Both the position numbers and the translations under genes were made by a program. From Trichoplax adhaerens (Eukaryota > Animalia > Placozoa), in assembly GCF_000150275.1 (NCBI RefSeq), contig NW_002060957.1:722170-786169 (forward strand): a stretch of DNA of 64,000 bases. Reading direction: 5' to 3'. The notes below the pieces were generated by a model, which saw nothing but the letters and a program-made list of their open reading frames with translations, made no database searches and had not been told where the DNA came from. How positions within the stretch are numbered: position 1 is the stretch's first letter; every line of letters begins with the position of its first letter. Shown here piece after piece: positions 12,534 through 26,100 of the stretch.

Positions 12534-15500
12534 TTATGACGATACATCTTCTCTTCTTTTCTTTGCTTCCCGAATTTTAGACTACAGTTAAAACCGATAG
12601 TATTACTAATAAAGCAAGTGCATAGATATAATACACACTTAACAAACCTTCCGCGATTCCTTTACAAAGAGTACCTCATCATCATCGTCATCTCCATGTT
12701 TTCTCTTTCCAGATCCAGTGTCACCATCATCAAACTTAAAATCGCCAGTAACAATACTTCGTAAAGTATCAAAATTACTAAATGTAGCTTCGCTACTTAG
12801 AGCTCTCAAAACTGGTCGCAGCGGTTTCAGCTCTTTTGAGGTAACATATTTATGGTTGCGACTATAGATTTCATTTAAATATCGTAAAACTAATTCTTTA
12901 CTGGATGGCAATATATTTCGTGAAATCGATTTTCTGGAAATGTTAAAAATTAGTTAATAGGAAGTTAAGCGAATTTAAAACCGTAATTACATCACTATTA
13001 CTTTTCTGGTAAATTTTTTAATATTTCGATAAAGCTATCTATCACTTCACAGCGGAAATGCTTCCACCAATGGCTGAAGATACATATCAGAAATGAATCA
13101 TCTCGCTTCGCTGTTGAGATTAGTTGATCAATCAACGATGTACTTGGTCTATAATCCGGCAAAATTTAGTAATTAATTCCTCAGTAAATAATTATTGTTA
13201 ATAGGGACGAGAACTAAAATGATCAGGTACCGTATAGTCTTCATGGCAGTCACGAAACCTGTAGAAGCTTCTGGGTGATCTAAGTCCAGTGAAATCTTTA
13301 GTTAAAAGCAAGCTCTATCTTTCAGTAACACTGTCTAAATAGATACCTTCTGCTGATAGCTTCGCTAACACTGGAAAGAACACATCCGATTTTGGATCCT
13401 CTGAGTGGACAAGTTGCCATAGTGTACTTTGCTCATAATAATCCCAATTTAAAGAATCCACTACAATAGCAAGAATTATTAATGGACAAAACCAACAAAG
13501 AGCATAGTAACATTTACTGTAATACCTAATAACTGTGGCATATTTTCGTTTCCTAGTAATTCGCACTTATTTAGTGCAATCTGCCGCGAAATTTCGAATA
13601 ACTACAAAAATAATTAGAATACCGAAAATTTTTGGATTACGATTCTATAGATATTACATAGGCCTGATAATTCAATAGAATAACACCCATCTAACCTGTA
13701 TAGGGTCTACATACGATGCAACAGTCTTTATTACTTCCAATTGCCCATTAAGCGTATCCTTAAACTATTGCAACAATCATACTAATGTTAGATATCATCG
13801 AAACGTAATATCTAGTCATCGATGCTTCAAATGTTATGACAAACGTACTTGGGATAGGACACTAGGTAGGATGTAGCTAAAGACGCTGCGATCGTCTTCA
13901 CCGCAAATCTAGAACGCGACATTAGATAGTGATAAAATTATGAATTTCTTGAGTAAACATACAGTTAAATAAATGTCTGTTTACATACTCACCTTCAAGT
14001 CATACGATAAGCACTCATTTAACTTAATTTTCTCATCGAATCGCATTAAATCTTCAACGTAGTCTTTGTACATAGTTACGGAATTGTAACTAACAACAGA
14101 ACGTATTAGTGCTATCAATAACAAAAATTGAAACCTAAATAAGCATGTGGTACTTACTTAACTTTTATATAAAATAGGACCATATATCCTAGCCTTCTTT
14201 CACCGGCTTCCTTAACATAGTACAACAACTTTGAAAGAATATTCTTTTCAGTCGAATTTACGTCCAAAACGTTCCTGAAAAGTAAGTGTTATATATTCAA
14301 AGTTAATAACTGTAACGATACTAATTTTATTTCCAATTTTTAAAGATAAGCTTTGGTACCGTATCATTGCAAAATGAGGAGTATAAAGAGACTTTGTAAC
14401 CGATCTGTCAAAACATTATATATAATGATTGAAATTAAATGAAAATACATCAGAAGCAACATATCGTAAACAAATCTAAATAGAGGTAGTATTAATTAAT
14501 ACACATACTCATCAGATTTATCTTCGTCTAAAAGGTGACTACCGGGTCTATAATCAAGTATCAATGACTGCGCCAAATACATAGCTATTTTCTTTAAAGT
14601 CTCATTTGGTAAATGCTACATTCAAGAAATAAAATACGCAAGATATAGATACAATATTTAAACATGTCTCATTCGTGAACTAATAATTGGTTTTTAAGTG
14701 GTATAACTGCTATAATATTTGATGGTAAATAACAATTTACATTATAATTAACAATCACCTGTTCAATTAATAATTGGAAAAGGGTGTCGATGATTTCACA
14801 TTTTCCGGCCTTATCTCTGTTAGATTTAATAGAATACCCTCAGCGTTGACGCAAAGTACATAGATATCTAGTTTCAGTTTCTTAGCAGGTTACCTTCCTA
14901 TCTGATTAAGCTCCACTAATGACTGCAATATTTTGTCAGAAAGGCTTAACTCCTTCAATGCAAGAAAACTGCGATCATTTTCAATGCTATCCGTGTTTGT
15001 ATTTTCACTATCAGCTAAAGGACTTTCTGGCATAGGTGATTCTGCTATGGGCTTAAATGTATATTTGCTACTTGGATAGTCTTGCTTTGAATCAGTATCC
15101 TAAAATTATATGTTGTCTTTAATGGTATTCAAAACCAAGAAATAATTATTTAGTAATTTGATAATCTTACATTTGGTTCATCGTCTGAATCTGAAAAACG
15201 AGCCGTATCTTCTTCGTCATCTCCATATCCTTTGTTGCTGTCCGATAAATTCGTAGTAGTTGTTGATTTTTCTAGAGAAGACGCAGAACTATCACCAGTA
15301 GCATCTACTGGAGGTGATTCATTGCCTGATTTAACCGCAACACTTGCGGAATTAGTTACAGGTGGGGCTATAAGAGAACAAAATCAAGGAATCGTTAGCA
15401 CAAACGGCGGAATGTAATCCTATCAATACTATACTAACTTGAAGCGCTTTCTATATTGAAAAATTCAGGGAAATTATATTGTAACATCTCTTTTAATTCT

Positions 15501-18500
15501 TTATCAAGCTTCTGATGATCAAACAATGGAGAAAGAGAGCTAAATTTAAAACGGAAGATTTTTTTAATTCAATGTTGTTGTCGTTAGCTGTGCAGCGGTC
15601 CTGGTGTTCACATATATCACTCATTACAGAACTAATTACTAATAGAAAAATAACGAAAAATTCTTAGTAATATCAACAATTTCATGAAATCAATTTTACT
15701 TTAAAACACGTTTCTCAACCACAAAGTGAAGCGCCTTTCGAACTGCATTTCGTATTTGAGTCTCCATTGGCTTATAAAAGCTGGTTATAATCTATCAGAA
15801 GGATAGACACTTAAAAAAAAATATTTTTGTTGTAATATTTAAAGAGAAACAGCTAATTAATCAACATACCCTACACAGGAAATCGAGTAAGGTAGCGGAT
15901 ATTGTGATATGAGATCTCGTAGAATGAAGCATAATCAAAATGCCTGGTTCTGCATACAAATAAGTTTCAGTTAGTCATCAGCATAGATACGGCATTTGTT
16001 ATTATAGCAAATAACCTATATTCATAATATTTTCCTGTCCAGGTTGATAACATAGCCAATCAAAGAATAACGTTAATTTTGCGTTAGCGGATGTTGCATT
16101 ATTCTATTTGCAAAAAAATTAAACGCATTTTATTTTACTACGTATATAAAGCAAGATAAAGTTACATATAATAATGTAGATGGAAGTCTAGTGGTAGCAG
16201 TTTTTACTCGCAATCGTTGATTGGTAAATTAAATTTTTAAAGCGGTACCTGACAACATTGTAGCAACCACCCAATCACAGCCCATCTTGGAATGATATCT
16301 GATCCCAAGATCTCGTTGGTAGGATGAATTACTCCACAAATAAAGCGGATTATATCGCATAAAAGGGCATGACTTTCCGGATTGGCTAAATACTATTTTG
16401 CAGACGTAGGAAAAGAGTTGATAAAAATTTCGAAAACAAACACATATCCGCTGACTAAGAAATTATATTAAGTAAAAGTCAATCGATTTGCTTACTTTTT
16501 TCTGAAACCAATCCTGATATTTCTTTTGATGGCCTAACTTTACCTAGATTTCCAACATTGAAAACAGTAACCAGAGAATTAGAATTTGTTGATATATCAC
16601 TGACATTAGTACAATATGCATTTTACGTGATAAATTTTTATGCATTAACGCTAACAAACTAGTTTAATTTGGGTTACCTTCGAAGTAAGAAAGACTAGTT
16701 TATTTTCCATATCTGGAGTTATACGACTGATTAAGAACTTGCGGGAAGTACGTAATTTTAGTAAGTGCGAGATACCTAATAAAATAGAACAAAATTATAG
16801 TACTAACTATACACTTTATAACTCGTCGTATACATGGAGGCTCTTTATAAAACGAACAATTACCAGTAAAATGAGGACTAAGTGATCGAGGATTATGTAT
16901 AATGTCTTTCCAAAGAGTATTAAAGACAGGAATTCTAACAAATCAGGTTAAAAAATGATTCATGATCGAAAAGAAACTATAAATATCACTATCCGGTTCA
17001 AATATATTATATATATATATCACATCTTACTGGGCAACTGCTTGCAATAAACGTATGAGGTCGCGACCAATTTGAATGCAATCGGTAAACTATATTTGAT
17101 AAATTGGAAAAATAAGGAAACTTTGTAAAAATTCATAATAACAATGGTATTGAAGAGAATGTAGAATTACTTTTTCTCTTAGTGTAGAACAGCAAAAGTC
17201 GATTTCTCGTTGCATTAAATGGTGCAATGGTGGCACAGAATGATCAAGTATCAGACGAAGGAACACGTATACTACGGCAGCCGTAAGAAAGTTGTAGCTA
17301 AATAGCCATGTCCTTGGATTAAATAAATAGATATTAATTGTAAATGTTCAAATTCCATCTACCGTTTAACGCTAATCGTAGAGATATATGACTTTTACTT
17401 ATGTTCTTGAAATATATTCAATAGAGCTTCGATGTAATCAATGTTGGTACGACCAACATCTCCTCCTACAGTAAAACGATATCATAAAATATTGCAAATT
17501 ACGCGACAGCATGTACTGCATGACAATGACAAAGTCGAGATATTCTTACCAATAATTTGTCTTAAGAGATAAAAGCACATCGCATCAGCTCCGGCTGCTG
17601 AAGATTTCACAAATTCAGTAAATAGCCATATAAGCTGTTTCAATGTAGAATAATATAGCATAAGGAGGGTGTAAGTCTGTGACATAATACTATTAGGAAA
17701 ATTAACCTGATTCCGTGTACGTAGCTGGAATTTAAAAAACTTTTCAACAATAAGTTGATTGAGTTTCGTAAACGCCAAGGTAAGACCATCTCGTGATAAA
17801 AGAGTTAAATCACGATACGCCTGAGTTTTAATTATAATTATTTGATAACATTTACGATTAGAATTTAATAATTTGACTTAGCGTACAATGTGCCTGTAGT
17901 TGCAAATAGGAATCTTAAAAGTGGATTTCAATTGACATTAACTTACCTTTTGCGCAGCATTTTCGTCCGTTAAAATAGTGTAAAGTAAGCCAATGGTAAC
18001 ATCTTCATACTCTTGTTGTCCCTTGCATACCTATGAAATGGCGATATGCTAATGAATGGTATTTTACTTTCTACTAGAGTAATTGCTTACTTTTTGCATT
18101 TCTGACGTGCACTGATATAGCGATAGACAGTATATCTAGGTTAAGTTATATATATAACGAAAGACGATATTACTTCTGTTAACATTGAATTGAAAAGTAA
18201 ACAACGTAGCGGTCTATAATTAATTTATCAAGCTATCAATTAATTATTCGCATATATCTTACGTTCTGTTCCAGTAAAACATTACGGTAATCTAAGTTGA
18301 AAGTTCATATGATGTGACACATGTACTAGATTATTAAACTATTAATTACGGTGTCAATAAACTATCATGACCCATTATTACTCTACATTAGTATAAAGCA
18401 TACAAGGCTCTAAGTAGTTTAATATAAATCTTACATCTTAATTTAATTATTGTAAATTCTAGAGATCAATTTGATATCCTAATTTGTATTTAATTTAGAA

Positions 18501-20124
18501 ATACAATTCGTATTTTACATCTAATTTATTCCATACGAGTACTAATTAGTTCACATGTTATAATTCCTATGTAATGCAAAATTTTACAAATTACTAGACT
18601 GTTTATCATACATTAAAATTATTAGTCTGCATGGCTTACCGTTGAGCTTAAACTATCATGAGCATCTCTTTCGGATAAATTATTAGTTAACGATGTCAAA
18701 AATTGATGGCTCTTTTCCCATTTCTGAAATTATAAAGATGAAGACATTTAGCAACGCTACAATAGTAAAGATCTATCCATGGCTAGCAATAGGTCTATAA
18801 CTACTTGATCCAGTTTATAAAAAATCAATGCAATATCATTAGTATTTTATATTTCAGGTCGATCATTATAGAGTAGCAACATTGTGCGCTTAAAGTCTAT
18901 GTTAGGTATACACTCTTTCCTTTCTATGATTGAAATCATTTCGAAATTCTACATTTCAGGATCATTAATTACAGAGTCGAGAGATTGTAACCTTTTTAGT
19001 CTATGTCATTTATCTTTTAATTCTTTACTGCCAGCATTGATCTATTTACAAATAGTGTGTAATAACTTCAGTATTGTGCATTACAGGACAAACATTTACA
19101 GAGTCAAGACATTGTAACCTGTTAGATACAGTATGTTCTACTTCTAGACTGATGGGGAAATTTTGATTGCTTTGCATACGTTTCGATCATCGCTCTTTGT
19201 CACTGCGAATTTCAATAGCAACAAATGATGTTCGAGTTTGGCATTGCTGCTAGAACAAGGAGGAATTGAACTTTTGCACTGTAAAATTTGCGTTTTAGTT
19301 CATGCAGCATCACCGGCATGACTTGGCCGTGATTGTTGATCTACAAATCGAACTCAATCAATGCCAATTGATTACACCTGTTACTGCTAGCACGCATTCC
19401 GATGAGGATATCTATGACAACCTTGATCTGCAAAATGAGCCCAACTCATCAATCGATGAGTTGGGCTATTGTTTTGATAAGCAAGTTCTACCACTACAAT
19501 ATAGCGTGGTTGTTAAGCCATATACAGTACGACTAATCAATCTATCATTTAATTATTGTCCATTTTTAAGTTACTGAGCATAAGGTTAAGATTACTGCCA
19601 TTGCATACAAGAAAACTAGGATAAAACAGCTTACTATGGATTACAACCTACTGGTTATAGCACGCCATGTTAGGAGTGCAGCGCTAGTATGAAAGTCGTC
19701 TATTGTTGGTATGATGCTCTTGCGATACGAATGGATTGAATCCTCTATGCCATGCATACTATCCTAGATTATGATACCATGAGCGATGATACTTTACATG
19801 GATATTAATCACTGTATAGATTGATGATTGAAGGCAGTGATAAATCAATTGGCTATCTAAACGACAACACTACAATATTCCCGTTGGACATGCACTACAC
19901 GCTCAATGGGTAGTAGTCCAACGATCGCTTGTCGATGAACAACTTTGCAAATGAAATTCTACTACAGAGCAAGCATTTTCTTTGAATTGTGACGTATTTG
20001 AATAAAATTAAGAATTCTTTACTATTCATCATCTAACCTGGTCGAGTTCATCTCTTGCATCCAAGGCATTATTGATAAATAATTGGGATAACGGTCGAGT
20101 AGGAATCTCAGCAGCTGCAGCCAT
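12534..20124 (-). CDS. INTS3: Integrator complex subunit 3 (SOSS-A), about 30 exons
   Basis: ATG 20124. Spliced peptides match INTS3: [103 protein letters not shown]. Last exon inferred at 12534-12581 ([15 protein letters not shown]); the unspliced alternative would stop at 12639. Confidence 0.95.
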
Positions 20125-20149
20125 GTTGCTTTTTCCACTTGCGGGAGCT

Positions 20150-21210
20150 ACAGTATACAGTACAACAGCGTCAACCGTGCTACAGTCCGCTATGCTCAAT
20201 ACGGTACTGTACACTGTACACTATGTCTACAATTGAATCCTATAGCGCAATCATGAAGCAGGACTGTATGTCGTGTATGGGCGACGATATAATCCTGGTT
20301 ACTTATGGTTGAATTCCAGTCCGGGATTGATGCAATGCCTCAAATTATTTACTACAGCACAGTATTGGATCGATACCATGGTTCGGGACACATAACTCAT
20401 TACACTCTCTTTTACAGTCTTCTCCTGTCGACATACAGTGTATAGTACGGTAGAGGATGCACTGTAGGGTTCAGTACTGTACACTGTACACTGTGCCCCG
20501 AAGCCTCCCAAAAAGAAAAGAATTTATTGCACTGGACTGGAGTATTCCATACTTCTAATTCATTTCTTTATACAATTTAAATTCAGCCATTTTCCTATAA
20601 CACATCCAGAAAATGCCGCTCAATCTATCTGCCAGTTCTGGACAAATATACTAGAACAAGTATAATGAAGTATACTGCCATTTCAGCAGCATTTTCAATA
20701 GGTCTAGTCTTGACTGTCATGACTCATGAGACAGTCTACAGTAGGTACAACAAGGGGCAGAAAAATGACTGCGTCGTTACAGTACTTAGTACTGTGATAC
20801 ATTGTACTGTAGTACCGTACCAAAGTGTGTAAAATTCATGTCGCTCAAAATTCCAACGCTAAGTTCCAAATTTTTGACATCTATTTAACACTGTACTAAG
20901 GTACTTGCTATGCCGCACTGTTTGTACTCTTGCACTCAAGATGAGGAATATGGAGTGCAATGGATAGGTTAGAACTTATGGAATCCAGGTTAGCAATCTG
21001 CTGATCCGAAATTGGACTGGTTAACCAACTGTACTATGATCCAGTGTATTACACCGTCAATGGTTACGGTGGACCGGAAGGCTCAACACTTCAATTGTAC
21101 AGTACTTGCTATGTTACGTTGTACCGTGGTAACAACCGTAACATACGAAAGTGTGCAAAATATATGTCGCTGAAAATTGTGACGCTAAACCCCAATTTCT
21201 AGACATCGAT
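20150..21210. promoter_or_regulatory. Putative INTS3 promoter region rich in CAGTACTG/TACAGT/TGTACA motifs
   Basis: Immediately upstream of the INTS3 ATG. Clusters such as tacggtactgtacactgtacac (~20200), cagtactgtacactgtacactgtg (~20472) and tacagtacttagtactgtg (~20778). Function inferred from position. Confidence 0.55.
20822..21207 (+). repeat. Two diverged copies of a 60-bp element (20822-20881 and 21148-21207)
   Basis: aaagtgtgtaaaattcatgtcgctcaaaattccaacgctaagttccaaatttttgacatc versus aaagtgtgcaaaatatatgtcgctgaaaattgtgacgctaaaccccaatttctagacatc. Confidence 0.8.
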
Positions 21211-23120
21211 TGAATTCCTTGCATGCACTAGAACAGCTTAGTGGACGTAATGTGCTTTTTGCAGTTATAGCACAAGAAACTGATCGGGTAAACTATTCTT
21301 TAGATTCTTCTGCTCGACTTGCTCTTTCCTCTCTCGTAGATAAAATAAAATTATGAATAAACGCATTTAAAATTGCCTGTCTAAATCTTCCTATTTGCTT
21401 GACTCGTCCAGATACGAGGTGAAGAGCACCTCTAATCCCTACTCTACTTCTTTCGAGCACAGCTAAAGCTCACACAAATTTTCAGTAATATCAATGGAAT
21501 TGTACGCACCAGAATAGAATTTATATATCTTAAAGACTGAAAACGTTCATAGGGATGACAGTATTAGATCCTGTGCTAAATCTGGTGTCAGAGTTGAAAA
21601 TACCCGTATAATGAAAAATTAACGTGAACGAGTGCATCTACAAACTAAATAATATCGAATAAAATTAACAGCATTGATATTATTCATTGGGTAGACAAGT
21701 AATGTTAAAATGCAGCAAATCATGACCCAAGAAATTTTATTCATTTGTATTGAATAGGTGTAGGCTGAGTGTACAGTCTACCAACGTTAAATTAAAGCAA
21801 GGGCATCGCAACTTCGCTAAGCACTTAATAAACGTGTTGATATTCACATTATTAATAGCATCAAACGGTGGAATTATACAATTACGGTTATTGACATTTG
21901 CAACATTACTATTCATTATAACAAGTTGTAAAGGTCAAATGATAAAATTCATTACGAACAAATTCAAGGCAATAAAAAATCCTTATTTGATTGGTATATA
22001 ATATTATAGCTATGCATTTAAGTAACTAAAGTAGAAAAGATACACAAGCCAAAGCAAAACTTGTCAAATTAGAGATAGATAACGGCAATCTGACATATAG
22101 TATTTTACTACATAGCGAAAGTTTTCAATGGTACGTATTGAAGTCTATATTACAGGTAAGCTGAGAAATATGAAGATTCAAGAGGACATGATTCATTCGT
22201 CAATATGCTATCTTCTGTAATGAAAACCATCTAATTCGTTAACTTTCCACTTTGTCGCCGGTCCAATTCTTATGTATTTCGTACTGGATGCATGGAGCAG
22301 GATGGAAAATGACAGAAAAGCAAAGTACACGTCTGTTACTGAACTATACTGCCCTGAGCATGCACTGTTAGAATGGTAGCTGGGCATAAATACAGCTGGA
22401 TAGATACATCAGTAAATCAATAAAAATGGAAGAAATATCGTATAACAGATCAAATATGTCATTCGCCGGTGAAAATAGGCTGTAAATGCAATAGCAATTC
22501 AAATTTGAATAGGACTATTGGTGTACAGCAGAGTATTGACCTACTGAATATATTCAGAGACAGTATCAACAGCTCACTATTCATCATTACATATCCAGTG
22601 AATAAATGGGCAGTTAAGTAGAGTCAATGAATACACAACTGGCAAGTTGTAGTTAACAAATTAAAGGTTACTCTTTGTAATAACAATTAATCCCTCTAGT
22701 ACTCAATGTCATTACGCTCCATTTTACGATAATACTCAAATTATATTTTAAAAAAAATAAATGTAGCATATTGTCTTATTTAGAACCGGCTCGAGTCAAT
22801 TATTCAAAACTAGTGCTTTCCATTTCAGGCATTAGAACTATTGTACAATCTTAAACATGTTGACTAGCGTTGAACGCAAACCTATAGAACAGTTCAAGTT
22901 TTGTTATCCGTCTCTCTTGAGGTAAAAATCTACAGTTACAATTTACATGAAAAATAAAATTGAAATTAAATCAATGCTTTTATCTGCAAAATTTACATAA
23001 CGACAATTTGCAAGTATAGTCTAAGCTGGTAGTAAGATCTTTCATGATCCGTTATAACAATTTCCGTTTGTCATATAATGTTGTTGATACTTTCGGTACA
23101 AATATTTATAGTCCAGACAT

Positions 23121-26100
23121 TTAAGATAGTACAGCTGCACTTTTACTTGGAAGGGGATTGAGGCTAATATAACGTTTTACATTTGGACGAGAATGCTCAG
23201 GCCAATTCTCATTAGTTATTCTATTCATTGCCTGTAGGTTGAAAAATGATAATAAATAAGAGATTGCTTTGCTTTCCTAATACAATATTGTTTCTATGTG
23301 AGTCGACTATCATACGCTTTGATACATAGGAATAACGTTTACCTCTAACTTTCTCGCTCTTTCTGTACTGAGAGGTTCAGTAGGTAATATGTAATTATTT
23401 TCATCGGCAACAGTTCTTAAATCAAAGTAATATTTGGCATAAATACTAGACGGAACATTGATATTAAACATGATCAACTGAAGGATTTCTCTTTCTAACG
23501 CATTCCTATCATATCCAGAATAGAAAGTCAAAAAAAGTTACTCTTTTCAATGAAGACATCAACGATAATTACTACGTAGATAAAGATCAATTAAATTTTA
23601 AAATCGCGAATGATTACATATTGAGAATAACATACATATCTTCGACTGTGGTATCCTTTAAAATTTGGCAGTAATCTATATTCCAAACTATTGAGCAAAA
23701 TATAAAATGATATCTGAATATAGATATCTTCGATAGTAGTCTATAAAAAGTTATTAATGGAAAATGCACATTATAACACTATCAAGTACCCTTACCGGCT
23801 TGATCGTCCCATACTTTTGATGCTAATAAAATTGCGCCTAAAACTACTCGTCGCCAATTACTAGGATGAATATCAATCTCGGCATATTCCATTAATCGTT
23901 CCACATAAATTAAAGAAATAATGGCACATTCTGCAGTAAGCTAAAACCAACAAAATGAAATAAACAGTAATTCAGTAAAACCTCAATGAATCACTAAGAA
24001 TACGCTACTATCAAAGAAATGGAGTAATAATGACCATTAAGCAGCTTCGATATTATTATTATTACTAATTAGTATAAAATATAGAACATTCATGATAGAA
24101 GACTTTAAATTACTGTTTTCCAGAAATAAGGCAGACAAGCTTACCTGTGCGGAAGAAAATAAAGTTTTGAAAAATTTATAGACATGGCGGTGCTCAGGTA
24201 AATTTATTATCGTCTCCTTTCTGACGGGCCGCTGTATTTTTGAAAAGTGAAAGATACTTATTCAAAATAAAAAGTAATCGTAATCATATCAAATTTACAG
24301 AACGGTAGCAAATCGGCAATCACCTTCAAGTTCAATAGCGTATTTCTATGTCATTATTATTAATAATAATAACTAAATCATGTAATGCACTCGTATTTTT
24401 CAGCGATAGTTGTATATAGTCTTGTGACAATACAACATTTTCATAACTAGTAGTAATTAGACTGACGACTTACTAACCATTAAAGGATGTAGTTCTTCAT
24501 CGAAGATATCTTTAAGCCTGGGAGGATCATGTCTATACATACGTAAGGCAAAACATATAAAACTATTTTAAAACAAAGAATTTGATTTAAAATTGTTGAC
24601 AAAGAGAATATGAAATGTAGCAGTAGTCTGTAGTCTTGACAACTATTGACATAATTACCGAAAAAAAAGGTAAAAAACTATACAACTTGTTTATAGCTTC
24701 AATCCGATCTCATAGATATTATGTATTGAAAGTAATAAACAGATTCTGTTGTCGATATTGAACAATCATTTTTTTACTTACGCTCCTTTCATTAGGTAAC
24801 ATACAGCCAATGATACACTAAGCGTGTTCAATTTGAAAGAAGGATTAACGATAGAAGAAAAAAGAACCATTTAAGGTCATAGGAAACGATTCATATTAAT
24901 GATTCGATACAATAAAAATAGTAATCATGACTTATGGTTTATATGTTGTCATGTAATACCATATCACAGGTTAATTGTACAGTACTGTAGCGGTGAAGGC
25001 TTAGCGTCAAAAATTCTATGGTAGCTATTACACTTATGAAATCCATTCCATGCGAAAGACTGAGCTAGTTCAAACTAGATAGTTGCTGATATTATTATTT
25101 ACTCAATAGTACAAAATGAGAGAGTGTAGCATTTTCAACCTAAGAAAGTCAATGTTATCGATGATGCAGCATAAAGTTAATTATGATCTAACCCAATTTG
25201 AACTCTTTTACTGCCATAATTGTTTAAAAATATCAACGTTAAAATCAATCTCTATGTTAAGAAAATGGTATGAACAACAACTGATCAACAACGGCTAAAA
25301 ATATTTCTTTCACTTGTGACAAATTTGTCATCATAAACTGTAATCTAGCGCTTACCACTTTAGCGTACACCTTAAATTGGGTTGGCTTACAGTACTATCG
25401 TCCAGATAAATAGAAGAACATGAGCTATATCTTTTGTGTATAGTGCCATTCTTTATGAAAAAGAAAAGGTGAAATGATATAAATTAGATTTTTTTCAGCT
25501 ATGTATTGCTACCTTTCATAAACCAACAATTAAAATGAAATTAAATATTTCACACGTTAGTCATTTACATAACTGGAATATAAATTATCAATTATGGCCA
25601 TTTCTGACAATATATCTTATATGTCAAAGATCTTTCAATATCAATCAATCAATCAATTAATGATAACCGAAATTAACTGAAAATTTTTATCAAATTTATT
25701 TTTGAACATAAAGAATTTAAACGAATACAGGATCATTTTAATTATGGCTAGAATAGAAATTAGATTACAACGGAATTCTGTTGTTGGATTGAATATTATA
25801 CAATCATGTGGATGTAGTTAATTGTAAGTTGACACTGAATGTCTCTAGTTACAAATTGGTTCAGTAAAATCGCAGACAGACACCATTTTTCATGACCATT
25901 TTATGGGTAACTTAAAACATTTCTCGCATCTATTCTTAACGCTGTTATTGAGTCCAAAATGAACAAGTAATAGTTTTCACTATAGCCAGTAGTCAACTTA
26001 TTTTACATCATGTAAGACGTTAAATATGGTATCGTAATACGGTTTAACTTTATGTCATTTGTCCTCACTAGACTACTTATAACAAATTCCATAAGGTATA

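Noticed and set aside
21120-21133. RFX X-box-like TGTACCGTGGTAAC
   Set aside because: Only one good half-site; a single degenerate match is not sufficient.
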